From contig JBGANV010000003.1 in the NCBI GenBank assembly GCA_044222185.1, positions 832,727-896,726 on the forward strand: DNA of 64,000 bases. The letters are read 5' to 3'. The notes under the pieces are model-generated. The model did no database searches, was not told the origin of the DNA, and saw only the letters and a program-made list of their open reading frames with translations. This document shows, piece by piece, positions 21,520-31,045 of the stretch. The position numbers were made by a program, and so were the translations under genes. The number at the start of each line of letters is the position of its first letter. The first letter of the stretch is position 1. Source of the stretch: Planctomycetota bacterium (lineage in GTDB: Bacteria > Planctomycetota > GCA-002687715 > CAIWVZ01).

Positions 21520-22142
21520 GGCGCTCGCGACCTGGTCGCGGATCCCGACCGCCTCCCCGGTGACGCCCACCACACGGGAAAACCTGCCCGGCCGCGCGGG
21601 GGTCACGGTATCGCGCGCCTGTTGGAGCGGCAAATCTCGGGTGCGGCCCCACTTCGGCGTGGTTTTCGGACGCGATCGCGTGGGAGGGGTGTGGCGGAAG
21701 CGATGTCCCACGACTTCGATCGTCGGACGGCGGGATTCACGGGGGGCCGGCACGGCGACGCGCCCGCGACCAAGCCACGTCCATTCCGGTCAGCGAGGCG
21801 CGCTCGGATTCGGCGATCGTGAGCCTCCGTGAGCTCGGCACCCGCAAGACTTGCGCACGGCCGCTCGCCGGACGTCGGGAGGCTGCGGCCGGACGGCGCA
21901 TCGGGGCACGGGTCCATCCGGCGGGGACTCGGCCCGCAGGCGCTCGACCGCGGACGTGAGAAAAACTGCGCAGCCGACTTGCCCGGGGTGTACCCCCGAT
22001 CCGTAGAATCCGGCGACCTGTCTCGTCAGAACCCTGCGCTCTTGCCGTGCGCGGGAATGCGGCACGAAATCCAACTCACGATCGCGACTGAGGCTCTTGA
22101 CCGGGTCGGCTTCGGAGGCTCTCTCTTGTGGGGGCCTCGGGA

Positions 22143-22258
22143 CAAAAACGGTTGGCGGAGGGCGGCGGTCCGAGGAGTGAAGGTTGGAGAGAGATGAGAG
22201 TTACATTTGCCGTTTTGATGAGAGAGGTGTGAAGCGAGGCCCACACGCCCTCCGCCAT
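22143..22258 (-). ncRNA. Candidate small RNA (12-bp terminal stem, CU-rich interior, U-tract)
   Basis: Inverted repeat TGGCGGAGGGCG (22153-22164) / CGCCCTCCGCCA (22246-22257); on the minus strand TATACG lies 7 nt upstream of 22258 and CGTTTTTGT follows the stem. No family recognised. Confidence 0.35.
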
Positions 22259-22466
22259 GTCCACTCGTATAGGCGCGACCCCCACCCGAAAACGGAAAAA
22301 AAAGTCCGAGCTTTTTTGAACGGTGACGACAAGTCGTTCTGATCAGCCGACTTAGTCTCCCGCGGAGACCGGGGCGCGCCGTCCGCGACCGCTCAGCCAC
22401 GTCGCGCGGACCTCGGCTATGATCCGCGCCACCTTGCGGTCCCGCGTCCGTTCCCTGGAGACATTC

Positions 22467-24050
22467 ATGCGCTGGTCCCTGCACCTTTGCGTCCTTGCCC
22501 TGACAGGAAACCTGATCGCCCAGGCGCCGGCAGTGAAGCCGCCGCCCCAATCCGCAGCTCCCGGCTTCCAGACCATCAACCCGGACGACTGCAAGAAGTG
22601 GCTGTCGGTGCTGGCCAGCGACGACTTCGAGGGCCGCGAGGCCGGGACGCCGGGCTTCCAGAAGGCGGCCGACTTCGTCGCGGCGCACTTCAAGGAGCTC
22701 GGGCTCAAGCCGATCGGAGACCCGGGCGCGGACGGCAAGCCGACCTACTTCCAGAACGTCCCGTTCGTCGCCGGCAGCCTGAACGACGCGACCGCCGTCT
22801 TCGAGATCTCCGGCGGCTCGTCGGGCCCGATCGCCCTGAAGGTCGGCGAAGGCTTTGGCGGATGGGGCAGCCAGAACGTCGCGGCCAGCGGCACCGTCGC
22901 ATTCCTCGCGGCGAAAACCAGCACGAAGAAGCTGCCCGAGCACAGCATGGCCGGACAGATCGTCTTTCTCGTCGGCCTCGACGATCAGGGCAACCCGGCG
23001 GCGGCCCTCGGACGGCTCGGGGCCGCGCTCAAGAACCTCGGTGCCGAACTCGTCGTTCGCGTGAACGACGTCCGCGCAGCTCAGGGCTTCACGCCGTCGA
23101 ATCCGCAGCGCAAGGACCGGGCCGGGTCGTCCGACGGCACCACGGGCGTGCTGTGCGTCTCACGCGAGGTGGCCGCAAAGATCGCCAAGGCCGGAGGCAA
23201 CGACCTCGATCACATCATCAAGGCCGCCAAGGAGCAGGGTTCGCCCTACACGGTCAAGACGAAGCTCAGCGCCAAGGTCCGCGTGGACGCCGTGACGAAG
23301 GACGTTCCGGTCCCCAACGTCGTCGGGATGCTGGAAGGCTCGGACCCGGCCCTGAAGGACGAGTTCGTGATCATCGGCAGCCACCTGGATCACATCGGGC
23401 GCAGTCCAAACGGCGAGATCAACAACGGCGCCGACGACGACGGGTCGGGATCCACCGGCGTGATGGCCATCAGCCGCGCGTTCGCGAAGAACGGCTCCAT
23501 GCCGAAGCGAAGCATCCTCTTCATCTGTGTCTGCGGTGAGGAGAAGGGCCTCCTCGGATCCGATTGGTACGTCGAGCATCCGATCGTCCCCATCGAGAAG
23601 ACCGTCGCCGAGCTTCAGATGGACATGATCGGCCGGCGCGAGGAGGCGCACCCCTTCGAGAACCCGGGGAACGAGAAGGCCGAAGAGAACATCAACACGC
23701 TTCACCTGATCGGGTCGCAGCGGCTGTCGACCCAACTTCACGAGATCATCCTGAAGGTCAACTCGGACAACGTCGGGTTCGAGTTCGAGTACGACCAGGA
23801 AGGCGTCTACACGCGAAGCGACCACTACAACTTCGCCCGCAAGGGAATCCCGATCGCGTTCTTCTTCACCGGGTTCCACACGGACTACCACAAGCCCACG
23901 GACGACGTGGAGAAGATCGACTTCCCGAAGCTCGCGCGCGTGGCGAAGCTCGTGTACCTGTCGGCGTGGGGCGTCGCGGACCGCGAGCAGCGGATCATCG
24001 TCGACAAGAAGGGCGAGGACCCGACGCGCGGCGGCCGGCGGAATCGGTGA
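22467..24050 (+). CDS. Secreted M28 family aminopeptidase with PA-like insert
   Basis: LASDDFEGREAG, GSHLDH, NGADDDGSG, GEEKGLLGS, DMIG, RSDH, DYHKPTD; signal peptide; GGAG SD. Confidence 0.93.
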   Translation: MRWSLHLCVLALTGNLIAQAPAVKPPPQSAAPGFQTINPDDCKKWLSVLASDDFEGREAGTPGFQKAADFVAAHFKELGLKPIGDPGADGKPTYFQNVPFVAGSLNDATAVFEISGGSSGPIALKVGEGFGGWGSQNVAASGTVAFLAAKTSTKKLPEHSMAGQIVFLVGLDDQGNPAAALGRLGAALKNLGAELVVRVNDVRAAQGFTPSNPQRKDRAGSSDGTTGVLCVSREVAAKIAKAGGNDLDHIIKAAKEQGSPYTVKTKLSAKVRVDAVTKDVPVPNVVGMLEGSDPALKDEFVIIGSHLDHIGRSPNGEINNGADDDGSGSTGVMAISRAFAKNGSMPKRSILFICVCGEEKGLLGSDWYVEHPIVPIEKTVAELQMDMIGRREEAHPFENPGNEKAEENINTLHLIGSQRLSTQLHEIILKVNSDNVGFEFEYDQEGVYTRSDHYNFARKGIPIAFFFTGFHTDYHKPTDDVEKIDFPKLARVAKLVYLSAWGVADREQRIIVDKKGEDPTRGGRRNR

Positions 24051-25219
24051 TGCGGAACCATGCACGGCGCGTCGCGGGGATCGTCCTCCTCGCTGCCACG
24101 GCCGCGCTGACGGCAGCGTGGACGCCGGCGCAGCGCGACGTCTCGCTCGAGACGCTCGTCGGGGCGCTGGAGGGCCGGCTTGGCGTTCATGCGCGCAACC
24201 TCCGGACAGGTCAGGAACTGGCGATCTACTCCGACTCTTCCCATCCCGTCGGCGCGCTTCGACTCCTGCTCGGCGCGGACTCGCGTCTTTCGGCGGCGCC
24301 CGCGACCGACAATGCAAACGCCACTCTGCCCAGCGTCGCATGGGACCACGTCGTGGCGGCGCTTTCGACCGATGACCTGGCCGTCGAGCGGCTGGCGTGG
24401 AGCGGACTCGGAGCCACGGGCCTGACGATCCGCACCTCCGCAGCCGATCCGCAGTCGACCGTCAATCTGGACTCTCCGCTCGACGGCCCAGCTCGCCCGA
24501 TGGCGACGGCGCGTGTCCTCGCCCAGGCGGTCGAGCGCTTGCGCGGTGCGTTCATGCGCGACCCGGCGCACCCGCTGCGCCGCGCCATGATCGAGGTGGA
24601 TCGCAAGTGGTTCGGCGCACTCGTCTCTCCCGCGTTCGAAACCGGAGCCGCGCTGACGGCCGTTCCCGGGACCGCTGGAGCGGCTGGGTGGGTCTCCACG
24701 CCAAAGGGCGATCTCGTGATCGCCGCGCTTTCGCACGGGTTCGAGGATGGAGCGGCCGCGGCCAGTCTCCTCCCGGTCATCGTCGAAGCCTGCGTACGCC
24801 GCATCGCCTCCGGCTCGACCGAGCCGGCACGCGAGCCCGATGCCGATCGCACGGCCGGCCTCATCCTCGCGTCCCTGCACGAAGCGAGGTCGGACGCGGA
24901 GCTTTTTGCGAGCGCGCCGTCTGATCTCGACGCCGCTGCCACGGCGCGACGCGCGCGTCATCGCCTGACGTTCAAGCCGGGCGAAACGATCCGGCTGGCC
25001 ATCCTGGCCCGCGTCCCGACGCCGACGCGGGTCGCCGTGCAATGGATCCTCCCGGACGGCGCGGGCCGCGCCCCGTCACCGCAGCGGCTGATCGCTCCGA
25101 CGACTGGCACGGACCTCACCTTCGACCTGCCGGTGCTCTCCCCCGGCTCCTACCGCGTCCGCTGCAGCTTCGCCGACCGGATCGCCCTCGACGAGACGAT
25201 CTACGTGACCGCGAAGTGA
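24050..25219 (+). CDS. Secreted degenerate class A beta-lactamase/serine hydrolase-fold protein with C-terminal Ig-like domain
   Basis: TGATG overlap with the M28 gene; GRLGVHARNLRTGQELAI matches the class A N-terminus, but SxxK, SDN and KTG are absent. Confidence 0.6.
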   Translation: MRNHARRVAGIVLLAATAALTAAWTPAQRDVSLETLVGALEGRLGVHARNLRTGQELAIYSDSSHPVGALRLLLGADSRLSAAPATDNANATLPSVAWDHVVAALSTDDLAVERLAWSGLGATGLTIRTSAADPQSTVNLDSPLDGPARPMATARVLAQAVERLRGAFMRDPAHPLRRAMIEVDRKWFGALVSPAFETGAALTAVPGTAGAAGWVSTPKGDLVIAALSHGFEDGAAAASLLPVIVEACVRRIASGSTEPAREPDADRTAGLILASLHEARSDAELFASAPSDLDAAATARRARHRLTFKPGETIRLAILARVPTPTRVAVQWILPDGAGRAPSPQRLIAPTTGTDLTFDLPVLSPGSYRVRCSFADRIALDETIYVTAK

Positions 25220-25376
25220 GCGGCGTGCCGCGCACGAGGTTCGTGTTCCGACGAGACCACGCGACGAGGCCGCGCGTCGCGCGAATCGCCCGGCAGCGGT
25301 GTCCCGTCCTGGAACGACGCGCTCCGCGCAGCGCGCCGGGCATCGAACGGCTCGGCGAATCGACTCCTGGACGGCA

Positions 25377-25400
25377 AGGCGGCGCGTGCGTGCGCCGCCT
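25377..25400. terminator. GC-rich hairpin between convergent genes
   Basis: AGGCGGCGC-N6-GCGCCGCCT; no clear U-tract. Confidence 0.3.
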
Positions 25401-25418
25401 GCGGTCAGGCCTGCTCGA

Positions 25419-27245
25419 TCAGTTGAAGTCGAACGACAGCGGATCCGACAGGCGGAAGTTGCCGAGATCCAGCGCCTGGAAGGTGAGCACGAAGCCGAAG
25501 GGCACGATCCCGATCAGCGGCGCAAGGTTCAGCGAAAACGCCGTGTCGCCGTTGTTGGCGCCGGCCGCGTCCGTGAACGTCACGAGGGGGTTCCAGTTGA
25601 ACGGGTTCGTGGCGGGCCCGCCGTTGAACAGCGACGCGACGAACGGGTCCTGACCGAACGGTGCGAGGAACGCCGGCGCCATCAGGAACGACGGGTTGTT
25701 GATCCCGAGGATGTCCATGTAGAGGTCCGGGAACCCGTTCACGGGCGACAGGTTGGCGGCGCTGTAGCGATCGATGAACCCACCGGGAACCTTGAGATCC
25801 GCGCGCATGAAGATCGCCAGCGCGCTGCCCGGGATCACGCCCGCCGCGTAGCCGAAGATCGTCTGCGTCGGCGTCGTCCCGTTGAGCGTGTAGCCGCTGT
25901 CCGGGAACGCATCGAGATGGATCGGGTTGCCGAGCACCGGGTCCCATGGGTTCTGGAGATCGACGATGTCGAGGGCGTCCATGGGCCCTGCCCAGAAGCC
26001 GGGAGCGCTCGTCGACGTCACGTTCGAGAACGAGACGTCGTGGTATCCCGCGGCGTTCGGGGTGTTCATCGTCACGCCGTTGATCGTGGCGAACGAGCCA
26101 CCGTTCTGCGTGTCGTAGATCGCGGCGGCGCGCGGGTTCGCGGCTGCGGTGAGGCTCGGGCCACGGCTGTCGACGTTGAACCACAGGTGACGGATGGTGA
26201 ACCCGCGCGGCGTGAGGTTGGGCGCCGACGTCGTGTAGTTGACGTCCATGTCCTTCATGTTCGTGAAGCTCACACCCAGGATCGGCGTCGTTCCGCCGTT
26301 CGCCAGCGTGACCATGGCGAGCACGTCAGCTGCGTTGTAGACGCGCTGCACGAGGTTCGCGATCGGGTTCGTGACGATGCCGTAGGGACCGCTCGGCGTA
26401 TACGCGCTGCCGGGAATGCGGAACACTTCGCCGGCGAGCACGGGCTGATTCGCGAGGAACGACCCGGGCGCGTCGAAGAAGCCGGCACCGGAGAACGCGG
26501 TGGCGTTCGACGACGTCTGGCCGTCGAACGAGATGTAGATGTCGCCGTTCGATTGATCGACGGCGAATCCGTCCGTGTTCATCGTGTTGCCCGTGCCAGG
26601 CGCCATGCCGAAGAACACTTCGAGATCAGCCTGGCGGATGAAGAAGATGGGCTGCGTCGCGATGGACGGCAGCGGGTAGAGGTTCGTCGACGCCGGGAAG
26701 AGCACCATGTCGGCCCGCTTGATGGCCGCTCCGCGGTACCCGCCCGTGCCGACCGAGTCGGAGAACGTGGACACGAACATCTCGTGGATCGTCACCGCCC
26801 GGCCTTCCGGCACGAACGGGATGTAGAGGGCGTCGACGCCTGCGAAGTTCGCCGTCTCGTTGTAGAGGCCGTCGTTGTCGGTGTCACCGCAGATGACGTT
26901 GAGTTGCGGGAAGTTCACGACCTCGACGAAGTCCGTCACGCACGGGATGTTGTTCGGGCAACCCGGCACGCCGACCTGCTGGGCGTAGCGCGCCTTGTTC
27001 GGCACTCCCGGGCGCACGACGGCAACGCCCGGTGAGTTCATCGCCACGGCCTCGTTCACGTAGCCGGCACCGAATTGCGGCGTCGGGAACGTGGCGGCGT
27101 GCAGGTCCGAGATGAACCCGCCGTTGCCGGATGCGGGCGTCTCCGAGAACCGCGTGGAGAAGTAGACGTACGTGCTCTGTGGCTGCTGGGCGAACACGGT
27201 GGTCGCGAGGAGCGCGATCACCAACGAAGTTGCGAAACGGCTCAT
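25419..27245 (-). CDS. Secreted hypothetical protein with shared C-terminal domain
   Basis: Signal peptide MSRFATSLVIALLATTVFAQ; GGAG SD; beta-rich; ends FQALDLGNFRLSDPLSFDFN. Confidence 0.85.
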   Translation of the reverse strand: MSRFATSLVIALLATTVFAQQPQSTYVYFSTRFSETPASGNGGFISDLHAATFPTPQFGAGYVNEAVAMNSPGVAVVRPGVPNKARYAQQVGVPGCPNNIPCVTDFVEVVNFPQLNVICGDTDNDGLYNETANFAGVDALYIPFVPEGRAVTIHEMFVSTFSDSVGTGGYRGAAIKRADMVLFPASTNLYPLPSIATQPIFFIRQADLEVFFGMAPGTGNTMNTDGFAVDQSNGDIYISFDGQTSSNATAFSGAGFFDAPGSFLANQPVLAGEVFRIPGSAYTPSGPYGIVTNPIANLVQRVYNAADVLAMVTLANGGTTPILGVSFTNMKDMDVNYTTSAPNLTPRGFTIRHLWFNVDSRGPSLTAAANPRAAAIYDTQNGGSFATINGVTMNTPNAAGYHDVSFSNVTSTSAPGFWAGPMDALDIVDLQNPWDPVLGNPIHLDAFPDSGYTLNGTTPTQTIFGYAAGVIPGSALAIFMRADLKVPGGFIDRYSAANLSPVNGFPDLYMDILGINNPSFLMAPAFLAPFGQDPFVASLFNGGPATNPFNWNPLVTFTDAAGANNGDTAFSLNLAPLIGIVPFGFVLTFQALDLGNFRLSDPLSFDFN

Positions 27246-27506
27246 GTACTGGTCTCCAATCGTTGCCGGACCGACCGCGCGCCGGTCCTCACTTCACACG
27301 TCGACTCGTTGGGAATCACCTGGCGGGGGCCGGGACGTCATCGCGCGCAACCGTAGTGAGCCCGCGTGAAGCCGATACAGCCCGCTCGTTGGGGTTCGGC
27401 CAAGGGGCGCACCCTGCCCCGGCATGCTGGTGCCGAGCTTAGTGGGAGACTGCTCCGAGCCAAGGGCGCGGTCTGGAATCCGCGACCGAACCCGGCGTGC
27501 GCGAAA

Positions 27507-28577
27507 TCACTCGACGACGAGCGGCTCGCCCTTGGGGAAGAGCCCGGAGATCCACTCGGTCGTCTTGCGCCACATCTCGCCGGAGACCTTCACGACGCCA
27601 CTCTTCACACTGCCGGCGATGTCGCCGACGATGCCGCGCCCGTGGGAGGCCGCTTCCTTGAAGCACGTCACAAGTACGCCCTGGACCGAGGCCTCCGTCC
27701 ATGCGTGGAACGATCGGCAGCGAGCCTTCGCGACGTACCCGATCCGGGTTGTCACCAGCGCGTTCACAATGCCGTCGGCGACGGGCCCCATCATCGTGCT
27801 CGTGGCCTTTCCGAGCCACCCGCCGAGCAATCCGGTCGCGCCCTCGAGAGCCCCCTGGAGCTTGGTCGCGAGGAACATGGCCGTCGCGACGTCCCTGAGA
27901 ACGAAGAGCGTCCCTCGGACACCGGGCCGGCCGTAGTAGACCCCTGCGAGTTTCGTCACGAGGTTCAGGTTGCGCCAGAGCACGATCCAGGCGTCGACCG
28001 TCCCGTTCATCGAGATCGCCGTGCCGAGCCCGACGGCGAGCGCTTCGGCACGGATGATCTGGTTCGCCTCGTCGTCCAGAGTCTTGTACAGAGGCTCGAA
28101 CGACGTCGACTCCAGCGACTGGAGCTGAGCGCGCAGCTGCTCGATGGGTCCACCCGGCTTGCAGTCGGCGACGAAGCGATCGGCTGCATGTCTCGCTTGC
28201 ATCACCGCGGGCACGGCCGTCGCCATGCGAGGGTTGCGGGCGAGGTTGTCCGCAAGCCGCACGAGGAACCGCCCACGCTCCGCGAGGTCGGTGATCGCCG
28301 CGGTCTGGATCGAGCCCTGATCATCGGGGGGTCGCACCGCTGCGGGGACGGCCCAGTATCGGATCATCGGTCGAACGACGGCGAGCCACAGGCCAGCGGC
28401 AACGACCCCCAGGAACAACACCCCGAGGGCCGGGTTGATGTCCCACGCCACGCGGAACCACTCGCGGACCTCGCGTCCCACGACCAGCACCGCCAGAACG
28501 ATCATGCCGAGCGAGGCCCATCGGAGCGCCGTCCAGACGCGGCGCAACATCTGTCCGAATTCACCGTTTGGAATCAC
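27507..28577 (-). CDS. YcjF/DUF697 family membrane protein
   Basis: Two N-terminal TM helices; AISMNGTVDAWIVLWRNLNLVTKLAGVYYGRPG and ADGIVNALVTTRIG; AGGAGG before GTG. Confidence 0.8.
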   Translation of the reverse strand: MIPNGEFGQMLRRVWTALRWASLGMIVLAVLVVGREVREWFRVAWDINPALGVLFLGVVAAGLWLAVVRPMIRYWAVPAAVRPPDDQGSIQTAAITDLAERGRFLVRLADNLARNPRMATAVPAVMQARHAADRFVADCKPGGPIEQLRAQLQSLESTSFEPLYKTLDDEANQIIRAEALAVGLGTAISMNGTVDAWIVLWRNLNLVTKLAGVYYGRPGVRGTLFVLRDVATAMFLATKLQGALEGATGLLGGWLGKATSTMMGPVADGIVNALVTTRIGYVAKARCRSFHAWTEASVQGVLVTCFKEAASHGRGIVGDIAGSVKSGVVKVSGEMWRKTTEWISGLFPKGEPLVVE

Positions 28578-28764
28578 GAGGGCCTCCTGGCGTCAAAGCC
28601 GAGGGTCACAGGATACGCGGAGCGGCCGTGCAAACGAGCCGGGGCGACGCCGCGGTTCCGCGGCCCGCGTCGATCCGAACCGGCAATGGGTGGTAAAACG
28701 GCGGCCACCCGACGCCATTCGACGCGCGCCGGCGTTCTCTCGAAACTCGACATCGCGGAATTCC

Positions 28765-29592
28765 ATGGCGCCAACCCTCTTCCGTATCGGACCACTCGCC
28801 GTGCAGGGCTATGGGTTCATGGTGGCGACGGGCCTGATGCTGTGCTGGCTCCTGCTGCGCCACGAAGGCAAGCGCAAGCACCTCGACGCCATCGCCGCCG
28901 ACATTCCATCGCTGTATCTCTGGATGCTGGCTGCGGGTTACGTCGGCGGGAAGCTCTTCTACCTGTGGACGAGCCCCGAAGAGGCCGAGGCGATCAAACG
29001 CGAGAGCGGCGCCTTGGCCCTGGTTGGGACCGGCTTCGTTTTCTACGGCTCGCTGATCTTCTGTCTCCCGACGCTTTGGTGGTGGCTGAAGAAGCGCTCC
29101 CTTCCGATCCTCCCTTCCATCGACGTGGTCATCCTGGCTGCCCCGGTGATGCTCGGCACCGGGCGGATCGGATGCTTCCTCGCGGGATGCTGCCACGGGT
29201 GCCGGTACGACGGCCCCCTGGCCGTGACCTTTCATTCGGGGAAGGGTCTGCAGGACGTGCCCATCCACCCCGCGCAGCTCTACGAGACGTTCGGCTGCTA
29301 CCTCGTCTTCGCGATCCTGTGGTTCTTCGTTCGCAAGAAGCCACGTTTCGATGGCGCCGTCGCAGCCTGGTACTTCGTCCTCTACGGCATCGAGCGATTC
29401 GTCGTGGAGTGGTTCCGTGGTGACACGGCGCGCTCGTTCCTGTTTGGAGGCGAGACGCTCAAGGTGGGAGATCCCCCCACCGGCGTGTCGTTCTCCCAGG
29501 GTGTCTCGATACTCATCGTCGCAGCCGGAATCGCGTGGCTGTGGGCCGCACGACACAAACGGCCCATGGTGATCCGGCCGCGCCGAGCCTGA
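28765..29592 (+). CDS. lgt: Prolipoprotein diacylglyceryl transferase
   Basis: YGFM, FYGSL, GRIGCFLAGCCHG, HPAQLYE, RFVVEWFRGD. Confidence 0.93.
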   Translation: MAPTLFRIGPLAVQGYGFMVATGLMLCWLLLRHEGKRKHLDAIAADIPSLYLWMLAAGYVGGKLFYLWTSPEEAEAIKRESGALALVGTGFVFYGSLIFCLPTLWWWLKKRSLPILPSIDVVILAAPVMLGTGRIGCFLAGCCHGCRYDGPLAVTFHSGKGLQDVPIHPAQLYETFGCYLVFAILWFFVRKKPRFDGAVAAWYFVLYGIERFVVEWFRGDTARSFLFGGETLKVGDPPTGVSFSQGVSILIVAAGIAWLWAARHKRPMVIRPRRA

Positions 29593-29607
29593 CCGGAGTC
29601 GACGGCG

Positions 29608-30111
29608 ATGACTGACGACACTGACGACCGGACGACATCCCGCTGCCCGTTCTGCGCCCCCGATTCGGAGGAATGCGAGCACGTGGTCGGGATGGCTCAC
29701 ACCGACCCGGTCGAGCTGATGGATGCCTTCGGGACGTGGTCGCAGATCGACGACATCGTCTCCAAGATCGATCGCTGGGCCGTCGACGGACCGGCAACAC
29801 TCGACGGGCTCGTGCGATTGGCGAAATTCTGGTGGCTCACGCGCCGCGGTGAAGGCGATGGCCTCTGCGAGCGTCTGGCGAAACCGCCGGCGATCGCGCG
29901 CCGCTTCGACCTCGTGTTGCAGAAGGTCACCCGCGACGACCTGGGCTTGGAGCCACAGGAGGTGCTGGCGCTCCTCGCCAAGGACCGCGACGCGGCGCAC
30001 GCGCACATCGAAAGCGTCCTCGACCACGTCCTCGCCGAACTCCGCATCCTCGAGCGGCGGTTCGGTCTCGCGGAGCCGCAGGCGAAGAACCCCCGACGGG
30101 GTCATCGCTGA
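29608..30111 (+). CDS. Hypothetical protein with N-terminal CPFC-x6-CEH motif
   Basis: Fills the gap between lgt and the ROK gene on the same strand; protein-like composition. Confidence 0.65.
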   Translation: MTDDTDDRTTSRCPFCAPDSEECEHVVGMAHTDPVELMDAFGTWSQIDDIVSKIDRWAVDGPATLDGLVRLAKFWWLTRRGEGDGLCERLAKPPAIARRFDLVLQKVTRDDLGLEPQEVLALLAKDRDAAHAHIESVLDHVLAELRILERRFGLAEPQAKNPRRGHR

Positions 30112-30145
30112 CGCCCGCGACTCACGACCACCATCGTCATCCACC

Positions 30146-31045
30146 ATGTCGAACCAAACGCCGCGCCTGGGCGCCATCGAAGCCGGCGGAACGAAATTCG
30201 TGTGCGCGATCGCGACGGCATTGCCGGCGATCGACGACCACACGACGATCCCCACGACCACGCCGGAGGAGACGATCGGATCTGCGATCGCCTGGTTCCG
30301 TAGCCGAAGGATCGACGCACTCGGTGTCGCGAGCTTCGGCCCCGCCGACCTCGCGCCGTCGAGCCCGACGTTCGGCCGCATCACGACGACTCCCAAGCCG
30401 GGCTGGCGCAACGCCGACGTCGTCGGACCGTTGCGCGCAGCGCTCGGCGTCCCCGTCGTATTCGACACGGACGTCAACGGCGCGGTGATCGGCGAGGCGG
30501 TCTTCGGCGCCGGAGTGGGCGCCGACCCGCTCGTCTACGTCACCGTCGGGACGGGAATCGGCGGCGGGGTGTTCGTGTCCGGGGCTCCGATCCACGGACT
30601 CGCACACCCCGAGGTCGGACACATGCACGTCCGCCGCGCCGCGAACGATCCCTTCGGGGGCTCGTGCCCGTTCCACCGCGACTGCCTCGAGGGACTGGCG
30701 AGTGGCACCGCCATCCGCAACCGCGCGCGAGGCCGCGGCGGCGAATCGCTCGGCTCCGACGATCCGATCTTCGGCTTCGTCGCCGGCTACCTGGGACAAC
30801 TGGCGGCCAACCTGGTCTGCACCGTGTCGCCCAAGCGTCTGATCTTCGGCGGGGGCGTGATGCACCAACCGGGCATGATCCAACGCGTGCGCGCGGAGCT
30901 GTCCTCGGTCCTCGCAGGCTATGTCGATCGGCCCGAGCTCGGACCTGGCTTGGACCGTTTCCTCGTGCTGCCGGGACTCGGCGACCGGGCCGGTGTCGTC
31001 GGCGCGGCAACGATGGCACGCCGGGCGCTCGACCATTCGGCCTGA
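30146..31045 (+). CDS. ROK family sugar kinase (fructokinase-like)
   Basis: IEAGGTKFVC, TTPKPGW, DTDVN, VGTGIGGG, PEVGH, CPFHRDCLEGLASG. Confidence 0.92.
   Translation: MSNQTPRLGAIEAGGTKFVCAIATALPAIDDHTTIPTTTPEETIGSAIAWFRSRRIDALGVASFGPADLAPSSPTFGRITTTPKPGWRNADVVGPLRAALGVPVVFDTDVNGAVIGEAVFGAGVGADPLVYVTVGTGIGGGVFVSGAPIHGLAHPEVGHMHVRRAANDPFGGSCPFHRDCLEGLASGTAIRNRARGRGGESLGSDDPIFGFVAGYLGQLAANLVCTVSPKRLIFGGGVMHQPGMIQRVRAELSSVLAGYVDRPELGPGLDRFLVLPGLGDRAGVVGAATMARRALDHSA

Noticed and set aside
21520-22090. Cobalamin riboswitch upstream of B12-dependent icmF (GGGAATGCGG...GAAATCC near 22052-22072)
   Set aside because: The motif is on the wrong strand for icmF, the expected stem does not pair and no B12-box/ACTG motif was found; needs an Infernal scan to exclude fully.
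22153-22257. tRNA (including tRNA-Sec), tmRNA or attachment site, suggested by the CTCCGCCA end
   Set aside because: No T-arm (GTTCRA), D-arm or anticodon arm; kept only as an unclassified ncRNA candidate.
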